Part shown: positions 37,113 to 48,679 of the stretch, one piece after another
Layout of the letters: every line of letters begins with the position of its first letter
How positions within the stretch are numbered: the stretch's first letter is position 1
Assembly (NCBI GenBank): GCA_977018835.1
Contig: OZ361257.1
Coordinates: 3,596,001 to 3,660,000, forward strand
From: Minutocellus sp. GHC0000111
Taxonomy: Eukaryota
DNA: 64,000 nucleotides
Direction of reading: 5' to 3'
Translations under genes and position numbers: made by a program
The notes under the pieces: model-generated
The model's database searches: none
What the model saw: the letters and a program-made list of their open reading frames with translations, nothing else
What the model was told of the DNA's origin: nothing

Positions 37113-37845
37113 ATGACTTCGCTACCACCACCGCCGGCTCCGCCACAACCGCCTTCCAAGGAGGCACAGGAGGAGGCATTGCGAAAACTTCCCCCAGCCC
37201 ATCGGAAACAGGTGGAACTTCAAAGAAAGCTGATGTCGGAGCTGATATTTCCACCCTACATACCCCGAAATGCCCAACGTCAAAACGTTGGATCTGTTGA
37301 TGACGCAGATGAAGGCTGGAGATGAAGGTGGTGACGGCGGTAATGGCAATGGCAATAGTGGTGGCAATGGTGACACACCCATCGCACTCTTCACCAAGGA
37401 CGAGTGGGAGCGGATAAAGCATCCACAACCAGGATCTAATGGTCTATCGAATACACCGCCATGCGAACACGTCCATCACATCGATCGAAGCTGTCGTCAG
37501 TTCAAGCTGAAGCATTTGCATGCCAAAGTCAAAGCTCTGAACGCCAAAATGAGATTGATTGAAGGTGGCGGCCAAAGCTCGGCCGATGCCAGCACGTACG
37601 AGGAGGAGAAGGCGAGGGCCATCATCATGGATATGAACTACAAATTCTGCCAAAATCAAGTGTCCTGCCCAGAACGGATGAATCGGCTGGCCACTTGTTG
37701 GTCCGCCTTTGGACCTGTTGTGATTAAAAAGTTCACGGAAGCCGGACAGGAGGGTTTGATTTTCAAAAGCGAGAGGGAGGCTGTTGAGAGATGATCTGGT
37801 GGTCTTGTGCAATGGTTAATGCGAAGTGCAACCGATGATATATAA
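37113..37845 (+). pseudogene. Cys-containing protein of unknown function; frameshift near 37265 and probable premature TGA at 37792
   Basis: An extra C in ATACCCCGAAATG separates the ATG 37113 frame from the main frame. The frame continues past TGA as SGGLVQWLMRSATDDI*. Confidence 0.55.
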
Positions 37846-37922
37846 GTATGCCGATGAATGATACGTTGCTGATAACAGCAGTATAGAAGTGTGACTACTA
37901 AGAAATTTAAGAAGCTGGCTTT

Positions 37923-38900
37923 CTATTTTACTTTTTGCAAAAGAAACATCTTGGATGTCGTAACAAGAACTGCTACGCCAGAGACTGCAGCACCAAGCAA
38001 GCTTAGCTTGCGTTGAGTGGCCGCCCCGACAAGATTGCTAGCGTTCATATCGTCGTTCTTCTTGGCCTTTTCAATGCGCTGCTTCATTCCGTCAGCGACG
38101 GCCAATAATGCCCAAGAGATGACTCCACCGAAAACAGGTGCCGATCGCATCGTAGTCACGGCTACCCCAACAGCAGTCGCTGCCACCACAGATGCATGGC
38201 CAAGTAGCGCAATAGCTCTCGGACTGGACGATTTCTTCATGGAAAAAGCACCATTTAGATTCACAATCGAGGCAGCCACAGTCCAGCCAGTGTGAAGTGA
38301 CATGCTCAAGAAAAGTTTTGCGTATGTACCACCGCTGTAAGTAGACGATTCAGCCGCATATGCCGCATGGGCCTTTGACAAGCTATAGGCCGTGGAAGCC
38401 AGCATTCCAAACGAAATGTACATCAAATTACCGCTGTATTTTCTTCGAAATGCTGCACACCAAAATGACTGAAATACGTGCGCAAAGGCAAAAGGCACCG
38501 AAGTCTTTCGGAGAAGCGGTACCAAAGGATCGTCAGCAGGAATGGAGAGCTGAGATATCACTGATACCAGCTCTCCCATAAAAATCGGCCCCCAGATGGC
38601 GAATGCCCACCCTGCCGGTGCTACCAAGGTTCTACCATTTCTCGACGAGAGCTTCTTTGCCTCGTCACCCACAACAGAATCCTTTTCATCTTGCAATTCC
38701 TTGGCCATCTCCCCATCGATGCGTCCCGGAATGGAGACGCAGACCACCTGCAGCACATACGCTGCCGCCGCGCCTCCTTTCAACTGTGCCCATGTGAACA
38801 CACCCTTGGCAGCGAGATCTTCCACAAAGGGCAGAAGGATGAAGGCTCCAGTTCCGGCAGCCGCAACGGCGGCGGGTTGATTCATTGCAGCGAGGCTCAT
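37923..38900 (-). CDS. Multi-pass membrane protein with PAGWAFAIWG motif (Trp-rich sensory/TspO-like superfamily)
   Basis: RTLVAPAGWAFAIWGPIF and SLHTGWTVAAS; multiple TM segments. Confidence 0.65.
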   Translation of the reverse strand: MSLAAMNQPAAVAAAGTGAFILLPFVEDLAAKGVFTWAQLKGGAAAAYVLQVVCVSIPGRIDGEMAKELQDEKDSVVGDEAKKLSSRNGRTLVAPAGWAFAIWGPIFMGELVSVISQLSIPADDPLVPLLRKTSVPFAFAHVFQSFWCAAFRRKYSGNLMYISFGMLASTAYSLSKAHAAYAAESSTYSGGTYAKLFLSMSLHTGWTVAASIVNLNGAFSMKKSSSPRAIALLGHASVVAATAVGVAVTTMRSAPVFGGVISWALLAVADGMKQRIEKAKKNDDMNASNLVGAATQRKLSLLGAAVSGVAVLVTTSKMFLLQKVK

Positions 38901-39072
38901 TCTCGTTTTGTGCTGGAAAAAGGCCAATGTCGGACAAACGGACAGACCAAATGTCGCGTCGTCGCGACGTCGCGTCGCGTGGCGGGGTGCCATGTGCCAT
39001 GGTCGAATGGTCGGTCGGAGCGTCAGCCTCGCCTCCGCTCCAGTCAGCCTCATTTTTTTTCCTTTTCTCACC

Positions 39073-40266
39073 ATGGCCAGTAGCATCGCCAGCGCCGTTC
39101 CCTCTGTGGGACGCAGCGCAGCGGCCAGCGCCGCAACGCAGTCCATGGCAGAACTCGGAATAGCGAGCATCATTGGGGCTGGTTGTGTGGAAAGAGAGTT
39201 TCTGACGCCTACAACCATCAAGGCACTGAGCAAGGCGACATTCTCCATCTTGCTTCCCATGTTCCTTGGGACGTCCATAATTCAGTCTGTGACCAAGTAT
39301 GGTCTGAAACGGAGCTCTCTGTCCGTGCCACTATTGGCAATTGTCCAATCGACGTGCCTATTCTTGGCTTCCAAGCTTATCTTATTGCCCTTGGCTGGAA
39401 TCGACGCTGACAGCGACGATGGACGTGCCACCACGGTATGCTGCTCGTTTGGCAACTCTGGTGTCGTTCCTCTCATCTTTTGCGAATCATTGTTCAGACA
39501 ATCAGCGAATTCCGACTATTTTGCCCAAAGCACGGCTTTTGTTTCTCTGTTTTTGATTGGATGGTCCCCGTATTTCTGGTCCTTTGGTAGGTCAGTACTG
39601 ATACCTGATAGAAGTGGTGCCTCTGAGAAAAAGAGCGGAACAGACAAGCTTGTAGATCTGGCAAAGCAGGCCCTGCCTCCACCGGTGGTTGGCATTTTCG
39701 TTGGTCTATTCATTGCCACTACGCCGCTTTGCAGGCTCTTCTTGAGCCCTCCCAACAGTGATTCAAAAGCTCCTCTATCCATTATATTCAACTCCATTGC
39801 AAACTTTGGAAGGGCAGCTTCGCCACTTTCGCTTCTGAAATTAGTGTCGTCGCTTGCGGTTGGTGCTGGGATTGGAAATCATATTACCAACGACGATTCA
39901 TCAAAGAAGGTTGCAGGAAGAGGAGACGAGAGTGATGGTACAGCCGAGACAAAGTTATTGACAAAATGGGCTGTTGTATCAATAACGAGATTCTTATTTT
40001 CGCCAGCACTGATGTATGGTTTGCTTCATCTGGCAGAACGATTGGGAGCAATCGGCGGTGTCGATGACAACCCGATGTTATGGTTTGTTCTCATTTTGGA
40101 AGCGACAATGTCGCCCGCGCAAAATTCAGTAACGATGCTCCAGGTAGCCGACAGAGGGGACGATGCAGCGTCCTTGGCAATGTTTCTATTCTCGGTTTAC
40201 TTGACTTCCATGATACCTGTGGTGATAGTCCTAACATTCGCGCTGCAAAAGTTTAAATTAGCATAA
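39073..40266 (+). CDS. PILS/auxin-efflux-carrier (Mem_trans) family transporter
   Basis: ALSKATFSILLP, CSFGNSGVVPL, PPPVVG, RFLFSPAL and PAQN. Confidence 0.8.
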   Translation: MASSIASAVPSVGRSAAASAATQSMAELGIASIIGAGCVEREFLTPTTIKALSKATFSILLPMFLGTSIIQSVTKYGLKRSSLSVPLLAIVQSTCLFLASKLILLPLAGIDADSDDGRATTVCCSFGNSGVVPLIFCESLFRQSANSDYFAQSTAFVSLFLIGWSPYFWSFGRSVLIPDRSGASEKKSGTDKLVDLAKQALPPPVVGIFVGLFIATTPLCRLFLSPPNSDSKAPLSIIFNSIANFGRAASPLSLLKLVSSLAVGAGIGNHITNDDSSKKVAGRGDESDGTAETKLLTKWAVVSITRFLFSPALMYGLLHLAERLGAIGGVDDNPMLWFVLILEATMSPAQNSVTMLQVADRGDDAASLAMFLFSVYLTSMIPVVIVLTFALQKFKLA

Positions 40267-40308
40267 TGTGATGTGATATGATTTGATCTACTGTACTGTT
40301 ACTGCAGT

Positions 40309-41478
40309 TCACGCTAAACCAAAACGAGACAGCGCCATTGTCAGAATAGCAATGATTGGAACCATTGAGGTGGAATAAATGGCAAATAGGAACTTGGCCA
40401 TCTGTCCAGCTTTTTCTGCTTTATCAGCCACGTTCAACATTAGCACATGGTTTTGTGCTGGAGGCATCGTCGACTGCAGTACCATTACAAACCAAAGCAT
40501 TGGGTTCACTGAAGAAGATTCAACTACATCCCATTTGTTCGCAAGCCGAAGCAACCCCAACATGACAAGGGGCGAAAGTATAAATCTCGACAGTGAAACG
40601 AATAGCCACTGAACGAAGAATCCAACACCGGACGTATCTTCTTCTCTCTTTGAAATCTTCCCTCGCCCGATCCCTGCTCCGATGGCGAGCGAAGACGTCA
40701 TGACGAGCAAAGAGGTTGGGCTTGCAGCTCTGCCCAAATTGACCACAGTATTGTATGCTGGCGAAAGGAGAGGTTTTCTCCCCGATGAAGAAGCATCTGC
40801 AACAAATAATTTGCATAATGGTGTCACTGCTACTAGCATTCCCACTAATACGCCAACTACAGGAGGCGAAGCCACGCTCTTGAGTTGTCCAAGGATTGAC
40901 TTGTTTGTATCGACGCCGTCATTGGCAGAATCTATTTCGTCTCCCAGCAATGCAGACCTTCCGAAGCTCCAGAAAAATGGACTCCAACCCAAGAGAAAGA
41001 GACTTATCTGGGCATAACTCTTGGCCAGCGCATCAGTAGTTGCCGAACGAAACAGAGACTCTACGAATATGAGAGGCACGACGCTCGTATTGCCCCACGC
41101 ACTGCAAACGCCAAGACACCGTCCATCCTCACTGTCAGCATCTACCCCAAATGTTGGCAACAGGAGCCGTGCAATCTGAAGCAAGATGAATGGTTGTATG
41201 ATTCCCAACAATGGTACCACAAAAGAACTTTTCGATATTCCATAAGTAGCAACGGTTCGGATTATAAACGTCCCAAGGAACATGGGAAGCAAGATGGAGA
41301 ATGTCACCTTGCTCAAAGCTGATATGGTTGCTGGTTCAAGATGCCCTTGCTGCACACATCCCGCCCCGATCAGAGAGGCCACGCCAAGCTCTCCCATTGA
41401 CCTTGCAGCTGCCGAGAAGGCACCGCTGGTCGAAGCAGAAGCGAGGCCGCTGATGCCATTTGCAAGCGAGGGCGTCAT
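40309..41478 (-). CDS. PILS/auxin-efflux-carrier family transporter, paralog of the preceding gene
   Basis: ALSKVTFSILLP, WGNTSVVPL, SPPVVG, RFILSPL and MPPAQN. Confidence 0.8.
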   Translation of the reverse strand: MTPSLANGISGLASASTSGAFSAAARSMGELGVASLIGAGCVQQGHLEPATISALSKVTFSILLPMFLGTFIIRTVATYGISKSSFVVPLLGIIQPFILLQIARLLLPTFGVDADSEDGRCLGVCSAWGNTSVVPLIFVESLFRSATTDALAKSYAQISLFLLGWSPFFWSFGRSALLGDEIDSANDGVDTNKSILGQLKSVASPPVVGVLVGMLVAVTPLCKLFVADASSSGRKPLLSPAYNTVVNLGRAASPTSLLVMTSSLAIGAGIGRGKISKREEDTSGVGFFVQWLFVSLSRFILSPLVMLGLLRLANKWDVVESSSVNPMLWFVMVLQSTMPPAQNHVLMLNVADKAEKAGQMAKFLFAIYSTSMVPIIAILTMALSRFGLA

Positions 41479-41769
41479 GGCAGTGAAATGTCTGTGGCCT
41501 GCCGGTAAGCTACGCTACGTAGCTCTCGGCTGACTCTCGGCATCGGCGGGGCGTCAACTGGCGATGGCGCCATGGCGGTTCAACTCGTCATGGCTCTTCG
41601 GTCTGTCCGAAATGGACGGCTCTGACGAAGATGCGACCAAGCATGCCGAAGTATGCGAGCACAACCCTCATTTTCACTCTTGTCTTTCAGTTTCTACGTA
41701 GTTTTTCGTTCGCTTGGCAGCATGCCGAGTGCGTCGCGCCATTGCTTTCGCGTTCCTTGGGCTTGCAAT

Positions 41770-43143
41770 ATGCGCTGTCTATTCCTTGCCGCTGGTCTCT
41801 CCTCGGCATTGGCATTCGTGCCAAACCAGCAACAAGCATTTCCTCCCCTGAAATCTACATTGCTTTTGGCCACCGATGAAAGCACTGGTAATGACGAGGA
41901 TGCCTCATTCGAATTGCCAGCCGAAACTCGAGAGTTGATTGACCAGATGATGGAGAGAGGGAGTAAGAATGGTGCCTTGCCTAGTTCTCTTCCATCCGCA
42001 TCGAACCCATTTGCACCAAGGTTGGAAAGTGCCAGAAAGAGTCTGTACAGTGATGATGAATTGATCAACGTGCTTTCGTTGCACGAGCAGCTGAGCGATG
42101 AGACCATCGACATGCCCGAAAGCAGCATCGACGAGGAGGATATTCCATCTCTTCATGAGCTGGTAACAAACGCAATCGGAGAGTCCCCATCTCTTCCGGT
42201 TGGGCTGTCAAACGCCAATGGTTTGACAACTGTTGGATTCGACCTCGATGAGGAAGATAGAGCGCGTATACGTAAAATCAGGGCCATTGCCAGTGATGTC
42301 GATGGGACTTTGCTCAGCTCTCGACAGACGTTGCATCCAAGGACGCGAATGGCGGTAAAGCGCGCATTGCAGCTAGCAAAGGAAGATGAGAGCTTCCATT
42401 TCTTCCCAGCGACGGGAAAGACACGAAAAGGTGCACTAGATTCACTTGGAATTGAGATTGGAACACTTATTGCAACTGAGAACGTGCCCGGCGTTTACAT
42501 TCAGGGATTATACTGTGTCGATGGGCAAGGGAATGTTCTGTTCGAAAGGAAATTGACACCAGAGGCGACGGGTGCCGCCGAGAAACTAGCAAAGGAAAGT
42601 GGAATCTCCATTGTGGCATATGATGGCGATGACCTCTACTCAACTGAAATAACCGACATCGTTCGTCATTTACACGAACACTACGGAGAGTCAATGGCAA
42701 CCCTTCTACCTGGTTCTTCTGAAGGGAATGCTCGGGACCTGAGCACTCATGAACCTTTGATGCACAAATTGCTACTGATGGATGACGACGTTGAACTTCT
42801 GGCCAAGACTGTGCGCCCGAAACTTGAAGCACTCGCCGAGGAGTACGATGCATGCGTCACCATGGCGTTACCGACGATGCTGGAATGGCTGCCGAAAGGA
42901 TGCTCAAAGGCGCTTGGAGTTTCCAAAGTCTGCGAGGCTCTATCAATCGACATGGAAACGGAACTCCTTGCTCTCGGAGATGCCGAAAATGACGCAGAGA
43001 TGCTGCAACAATCTGCAATCGGCGTGGCCATGGGCAACGGCTGCCCAGCAGCAAAGGCCGCAGCAGATTATGTCCTAGAAGACAAAAATGACGATGGAGG
43101 CGCCGGAACGGCGATAGAAATATTTGGCTTTGCAGGCCGCTAG
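41770..43143 (+). CDS. Plastid-targeted Cof-type HAD hydrolase (subfamily IIB)
   Basis: ALAFVP leader; SDVDGTLL, PATGK, SKALG and GDAENDAEML..GVAMGN. Confidence 0.9.
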   Translation: MRCLFLAAGLSSALAFVPNQQQAFPPLKSTLLLATDESTGNDEDASFELPAETRELIDQMMERGSKNGALPSSLPSASNPFAPRLESARKSLYSDDELINVLSLHEQLSDETIDMPESSIDEEDIPSLHELVTNAIGESPSLPVGLSNANGLTTVGFDLDEEDRARIRKIRAIASDVDGTLLSSRQTLHPRTRMAVKRALQLAKEDESFHFFPATGKTRKGALDSLGIEIGTLIATENVPGVYIQGLYCVDGQGNVLFERKLTPEATGAAEKLAKESGISIVAYDGDDLYSTEITDIVRHLHEHYGESMATLLPGSSEGNARDLSTHEPLMHKLLLMDDDVELLAKTVRPKLEALAEEYDACVTMALPTMLEWLPKGCSKALGVSKVCEALSIDMETELLALGDAENDAEMLQQSAIGVAMGNGCPAAKAAADYVLEDKNDDGGAGTAIEIFGFAGR

Positions 43144-43389
43144 CTTAGGTCAAGATTAGTAAACGTCAAAGTTAAGCTGAAAGTTACACGTCTTTTCCCT
43201 CTAATCAAAGCCTACTTCTCCATAGGGACCTGAGTTCATATCGTGAAGCAATAAATAGATTTGATTTGTTTAGTCAGTTATCTGCAAAATGAACGAGTCA
43301 TGTCTGGTCCTTCCATGGTATTCGCGGTGCTCCAGCCAAAGCAATGATTCTTCGGCCTTTCAACCGTTCATTGAAGCCACATCCAACAC

Positions 43390-44700
43390 TTACTTTGACT
43401 CTTGTTCCTGCTTTTCCATTTCCTCGAGTTGCACCACGACATCCGATAGGGCGCTCTGTAGCTGACGAATCGTCTCGGCCGAGTTTTTGTTGTATTTGTA
43501 GAGACCATAGAATAAATCGAAGGAATCAGCCATTGTGTTTCCAATAAGTTTCAGTACAGACTCAAAACCCTTGGTGTCAATCGGGGTCTTGCTAAGTCCC
43601 TGTGAGCCCAGGATACGACCCATAAGGTGGGTGATAAATTGTGAATTGGACGCGTATTCATCATGATTAGCGCACGATAGAGGGACCATGCGGCAACCCT
43701 CCTCCTCCCAGATGGAAAGGAATCGCTCCATTCGATCCATACCCTCAACATGAGCCTCTGAGTTCTCGTGAACGGCCCCAGATCCCAACTCAACGAAGGA
43801 ACCATCGGCCTCGGAATCTGAATCACCCATATCAGTGAAATGATGGAAGGAAGTTTCATGCGACGGGTCGAGGAGGACGTTGTCGATGCGAGTTCGCTCG
43901 TAGACGAATGTAAGTCCATGCCAGCCATTCCTTCCCGAATCAGGTCCAAACATGGGGTGGGTGCACAAAATATCGCACTCTGATGGAAGCATTTCCAACA
44001 GGATCTGACGAGGATGCTCCTTGACAGAGAGTACGTCTACCACCAGAGGTCCCCGAAGCAAACCTCCCTGGTCGGCCTTCTTATCAAGGTACTTTTGGAT
44101 TTGGGGCGCTAGCTTCTGAACAGTGCTGTCGAAGCTCAAGATAGAAACTGCCAGAACGATCACGTCCAACCCTTCATCGAGGAAAGCCTCTGGATCACTC
44201 AGCGGCACGTAGGTAACGCCCATGCCATTGGCGATGTCGGTGTAGTCCGATCGGGACGTAACGACGACTCTCCCATGTTTGGCAAAGGTACGTGCGATGA
44301 ACAGACCGAACCGACCGAAGCCAACGACGCCAATGGTCAGAGGACGCGATCGGAGGGCCGACAGCTTCTCCCTCCGGAGGGCCGCCAGTTGCCGGGCCAA
44401 CTTGGCCTCGTGCTTCTTCAGCTCTTCGAGCCGGCCAATCTCGCTCGCCGATCGTCCCCTTCCTGACATGGCGTTGAGACTTGTGCTGGTTTCACCTGCT
44501 GCAGATGCAGAGGAGGCCTCCTTGCACGCCTGCTGCTGTTGATGCTCGTGGGTGGTGCTGCCGCTATGACTTTGACTGCCTCCAGCCTTGGAAATATTCT
44601 GAGCTGCGCCTGCCGCGGTAGCAAAAGAGAATGTAGCGTGTATTTGTAGCGTCAACAACAGTAGCGATAGGTAGGTCAGCCTCCTTCGTTGCCTGATCAT
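43390..44700 (-). CDS. tyrA: Arogenate/prephenate dehydrogenase (plant TyrAa-like)
   Basis: IGVVGFGRFG, DVLSVKEHP, THPMFGPDSG, HD..SQFITH and DSFDLFYGL. Confidence 0.9.
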   Translation of the reverse strand: MIRQRRRLTYLSLLLLTLQIHATFSFATAAGAAQNISKAGGSQSHSGSTTHEHQQQQACKEASSASAAGETSTSLNAMSGRGRSASEIGRLEELKKHEAKLARQLAALRREKLSALRSRPLTIGVVGFGRFGLFIARTFAKHGRVVVTSRSDYTDIANGMGVTYVPLSDPEAFLDEGLDVIVLAVSILSFDSTVQKLAPQIQKYLDKKADQGGLLRGPLVVDVLSVKEHPRQILLEMLPSECDILCTHPMFGPDSGRNGWHGLTFVYERTRIDNVLLDPSHETSFHHFTDMGDSDSEADGSFVELGSGAVHENSEAHVEGMDRMERFLSIWEEEGCRMVPLSCANHDEYASNSQFITHLMGRILGSQGLSKTPIDTKGFESVLKLIGNTMADSFDLFYGLYKYNKNSAETIRQLQSALSDVVVQLEEMEKQEQESK

Positions 44701-44921
44701 TGCTCAGTAGCTCACTTGGCTCCCGGCTTCAACATTCAGCTTTGACTGACAGCTTTGCACTTTGCAGAGCGAGCGGCCCGCTTTGCAGCTTCTCGTCCGC
44801 TCGATTTTCGAGATGTGAAACGACGGACAGACAGACAGTTCAATGAAATCGAAAACGAGATGCGTCAGTCGGCTCATACTCCAAGTATCGGTATCTCCAT
44901 TAGTTTGCAAGTTTGGGTACG

Positions 44922-47321
44922 ATGAGGATTCCAATGGCATGCGTGGCTGCCCTTGCAGCCGCCCTGCTGATGGGCTGGTCGGACGCTTTCAATTCGCCAT
45001 CGGCGAAAACTGCTTCGACCCATCACATGCTGCCGTCGAGGTCGTCCTCACCTCTTCTTCAAGCCCAGCCGACCGCCGTTGAGGAGGAATCCACGTCGTC
45101 TACGGCGGCAGACGGCAGTATTCCGTTCCAAAGTAGGGGCAAGGTCAATGAGATCGATTTCTGCATGGCCCCATCGGATGTGTCGCTTTCGCGATCGTAC
45201 GGTGCCACAAGCAGCAGCAGCAGTGATAAAACGGCCGAGGCCGAGACCAAGACCGACGCCGAGGTTGAGGTTCAGGCGGCTGCTGCAACAACAGCAGCCG
45301 CCGCGTCAGCCACCGATGCGTCGGGAAGGCGAGTCCTATCGCTGACGAGGTCACTCAACAACGCCAGCAACCGAGCGGTTCTGAGGATATTGCTTTCCAG
45401 ATCGTGGCCATCGGCCGAGGCTCTCAACTTATGTTTGCGGCAGGTACTGGCCAAGGAGAAGGAGCTCAGTGGAGACCTCAGCTCTGCTGCCAGTGATGTG
45501 GTTGCTGCTGCTGGTACTGGTACTGAAGCGGCTATGGCGGAGTCAACGTCGAAATGTCCAGTACCGCGGCCAATTCTCAACATTATCATGAGACGGAAAG
45601 ATGACGGCGGCACCAGTATCGGCCTCAAGGACAAGGCCGTGGTCCGCAAAGGTGGAGAGGAGGAAGCCAGCAATGATGCCGATGAGGAAGAAACACCCAT
45701 ACCACGCAGCAGTAAAAGTGGTCGTACCGACGAGGAATGGGTTGCAGAACAGCTCGATACTTTCCGAGAAAGCTATGAAGCGCTGCCAGGATATCAGTAC
45801 GCCGATGCCTACTTGGAATGCATTCTTAATTTGGCAACCAGTGGAGTCGAGTCGCCACGTGTGGCGGAAGTCCTGGCCGCTGGTGTTTACGATGAGGCAT
45901 ACATGAGAGTTATTTCAGTACTCAAAAGTGTTGGCGTTGTCTTTGAGAACGAGCCTGATAGTGGAGACCCTCCTCGAAAAAGGATAGCGTCGAAACTCGT
46001 TGACAAGGATATTTGTTTGTCGATGATGGACAAATTTATCCTTGCCAAAGAGAAGCAAGTGATCCTGCCCTCTCCCACCGACGCTGTTTTATTTCCATCC
46101 AAATCTGGTACTGATACAAGCGGAATTGATCAGAAGTCTAGCGGCAGTGACTCTATCACTGGAGATGGAGTCCTCGCCGAAATCACGCAAGAGTCAACAG
46201 AGGATGAGGAAGAAGAGGAGAAAGAAGAACCTGTGGAAACCAAAGCAGTGGAAAAAGTTCCAAAGAAGGGGCTAAAGAAGCTCATGTTTTGGGTCAAAGA
46301 AAAGGACGCCAAGAATGATCCGGAGGAGTTTTCTGAAATAGTTTCCGAAGAGGAAGATGCCGCAGAGGAAATTGAAGCTCCGACCACTGATGACAACAAT
46401 GCCGATGTTACGGCTGAGGAAGAGATTGAAATCACGCCAGAAGATCTTGGAGCTGTACTGTTGAGCGCCAAGGAGCCAACCATGACGAGACAACTCAATG
46501 TATTGTCAAATATTGCACAGCGAGCGCTTCTGTTCGGTGGAGATCAGGAACTCTTGGTGCTATCAGAGACCTTGGAAGCAGACAAGCCTGCCTTTATCCA
46601 GCGATGGTATCCAAATGCAGAAGGAGATGGCACTGCTCAGCCTGGAGTGCAGTACTTTACGTCCTTGGTGAAACTTCTGAACGGTTGTTACGAAAATGGC
46701 ATCCAGACTGATCTTGATCCTCCTGTATCTTTGACCCCGAGTTACGCCAATGCTTACGGACGTCTCATAGCTAGTTGCATCGAGCTTGGGTCAGGATACA
46801 TCAAGCCGGCATCCTCCAAAAGTGTCCTTCCCAAGAGCGCAAAGGAGGAGCTTGGCAGGTTAGCAAAGTGGGAAACTACGATCCGACAGACTAGCCCTGA
46901 TATTAGTTCCTACCCCGAAGATATGGTTGGTACGTGGCAGGTCAAGGATGAGGTCGGCGGCAAGACGATTGGAGTTTCCAATGTGGTAATTAAGCCAGAG
47001 GGGGAGGTCGTTGTTAAGGCACCATTGCAGGGTCTCCGATGGAGGCTCGATCCTGGCCCGACTCACTTAGATACCTGCACATTCCAAGTATTGAGTGATG
47101 ATGGTGCAATATTGCAGTATCGAGGTTTCGTCGATCGAGGGGCCCGTCTCGAGGCGAGATTCTCAAACCGATCCATCAAGATCAGAGGCGGGGTTTCGTT
47201 CCTGATGCGTGACGGCGACGTTGCTTTGCTTGGCGATGATTATGCCAAGGACGTTCTCCCAATAAATTACCAAGCCGGTGCAACACGATTTGTAATGTCC
47301 AAGGTGTTTGACGTTGCATAG
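44922..47321 (+). CDS. Large putative plastid-targeted protein, unknown function
   Basis: SDAF leader, long intact ORF, acidic linker, beta-rich C-terminal domain. Confidence 0.7.
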   Translation: MRIPMACVAALAAALLMGWSDAFNSPSAKTASTHHMLPSRSSSPLLQAQPTAVEEESTSSTAADGSIPFQSRGKVNEIDFCMAPSDVSLSRSYGATSSSSSDKTAEAETKTDAEVEVQAAAATTAAAASATDASGRRVLSLTRSLNNASNRAVLRILLSRSWPSAEALNLCLRQVLAKEKELSGDLSSAASDVVAAAGTGTEAAMAESTSKCPVPRPILNIIMRRKDDGGTSIGLKDKAVVRKGGEEEASNDADEEETPIPRSSKSGRTDEEWVAEQLDTFRESYEALPGYQYADAYLECILNLATSGVESPRVAEVLAAGVYDEAYMRVISVLKSVGVVFENEPDSGDPPRKRIASKLVDKDICLSMMDKFILAKEKQVILPSPTDAVLFPSKSGTDTSGIDQKSSGSDSITGDGVLAEITQESTEDEEEEEKEEPVETKAVEKVPKKGLKKLMFWVKEKDAKNDPEEFSEIVSEEEDAAEEIEAPTTDDNNADVTAEEEIEITPEDLGAVLLSAKEPTMTRQLNVLSNIAQRALLFGGDQELLVLSETLEADKPAFIQRWYPNAEGDGTAQPGVQYFTSLVKLLNGCYENGIQTDLDPPVSLTPSYANAYGRLIASCIELGSGYIKPASSKSVLPKSAKEELGRLAKWETTIRQTSPDISSYPEDMVGTWQVKDEVGGKTIGVSNVVIKPEGEVVVKAPLQGLRWRLDPGPTHLDTCTFQVLSDDGAILQYRGFVDRGARLEARFSNRSIKIRGGVSFLMRDGDVALLGDDYAKDVLPINYQAGATRFVMSKVFDVA

Positions 47322-47432
47322 CGCATATATACTCAATGCTGAAATAATAGAAGTTCATAATGTTCAAGAGTATTAGTTTTTAGAAGATATATACCGAGTT
47401 CCTATCGATCTATCTACGCGCCAGCTACGTAG

Positions 47433-48679
47433 CTAGCACCACTGTCTATTGGATCTAGCTCTACTATCTCCCCTCCCACGGCCTCCATATCCGCGCCCAT
47501 CTCTACCAAAACGTCCCCTACCGGCTCCAAAGCGGCCGGCACCCCGACCGCCGCGACCACCTCCACCTCTTCCTCCCTGATTTTTTGATCTCAAATAGAT
47601 CATACGTTCATGGTGCGGCTTGCTATTCAAATGCTCCTCCATTTGAACGGGCGAAGTGAATTGCTTTCTGCAGGCCTGGCAGTACGTCGCTTTCCTCTCG
47701 GCCTTCACAGCAGCTTTATGAAAGTCCGTTTTCTTATTTGCGAGGAAACTCTCCATATCCTTGCTCTGCACGGAACAAACGCGGCAATAGAAAGGAATGC
47801 GTTCGTGGGATCGAGCTTCGTACCCCGAGAGCACCTCCTTGACAGCCTCTCGAAGCCCTTCGTTTATGTCTTCATCATCGTTATTTGAAGTTTTTCTCTT
47901 GTTTTTCTTTTCCTTTTCGCCGTCCCCATCTACATCCGCATCGATGCCTTTCAACTTTCGTCTTTTCATCTGAGGGAGAGCACTCTTTGGAAGAGGGGCA
48001 ATTCTCTCGGCCTCGAGATTTGATCGGATTATGCCGCCTTCAGAAGGCACGTGATCGTCTGAATTATTCATCCTATCGTCAGTATATTCAGTGGACGGTC
48101 CAAATGAAATCTTTCTCTTTGATTTGCCTCCCAATTCATCATCATCAGGAATGCTTTCGTCGTCACTTCCTTCAGAATACTCGGACGAGTCATCATCATC
48201 ATCACTGCCAGCCGCCAACTCTGCCTCTAGACGGCGAATTTCATCATCAATGTCTTCTCTTTCATCTTCCGATCCATCGTCGTCACCTCCATACGTCTCC
48301 TTTTCATCGGTCTTGCTACTCTCTCCTGCCCTCTTTCTCATCACTTCTGCAAATGGTAGGGGCTCATCTTTGTCCTGTGAATCGCTTTCACTGGATGAAC
48401 CGGAGTCACCAGAGCCACCGCTAGACTCAGATTCTTTCTCATCCGGGAATATAATGTATCGGCTGCTGTCGCCGTCCTCACCAAGTTCTTCACCCTACCA
48501 CTCTTGACAAGCTCCTTCAGCGCCTTCTTCACTTCGCCCTTGTCCAGGTCCTTGAGTTTGCTCTCCTTGACGCATTTCGACGTAATTTTCTTTCTCTTGA
48601 GCGATTTATTTTCTCCGCAAGAAGAAAGAATGGCAATAATGTCCGACTTGAGCGCGTCGAGCTTACTACTCGGCGACAT
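47433..48679 (-). pseudogene. U1/matrin-type C2H2 zinc-finger protein with RGG tail; frameshift near 48495
   Basis: YCRVC.., YCQACRKQFTSPVQMEEHLNSKPH and RGG repeats. The ATG 48679 frame joins the main frame only if a base is added at AGGGT|GAAGAA. Confidence 0.7.
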
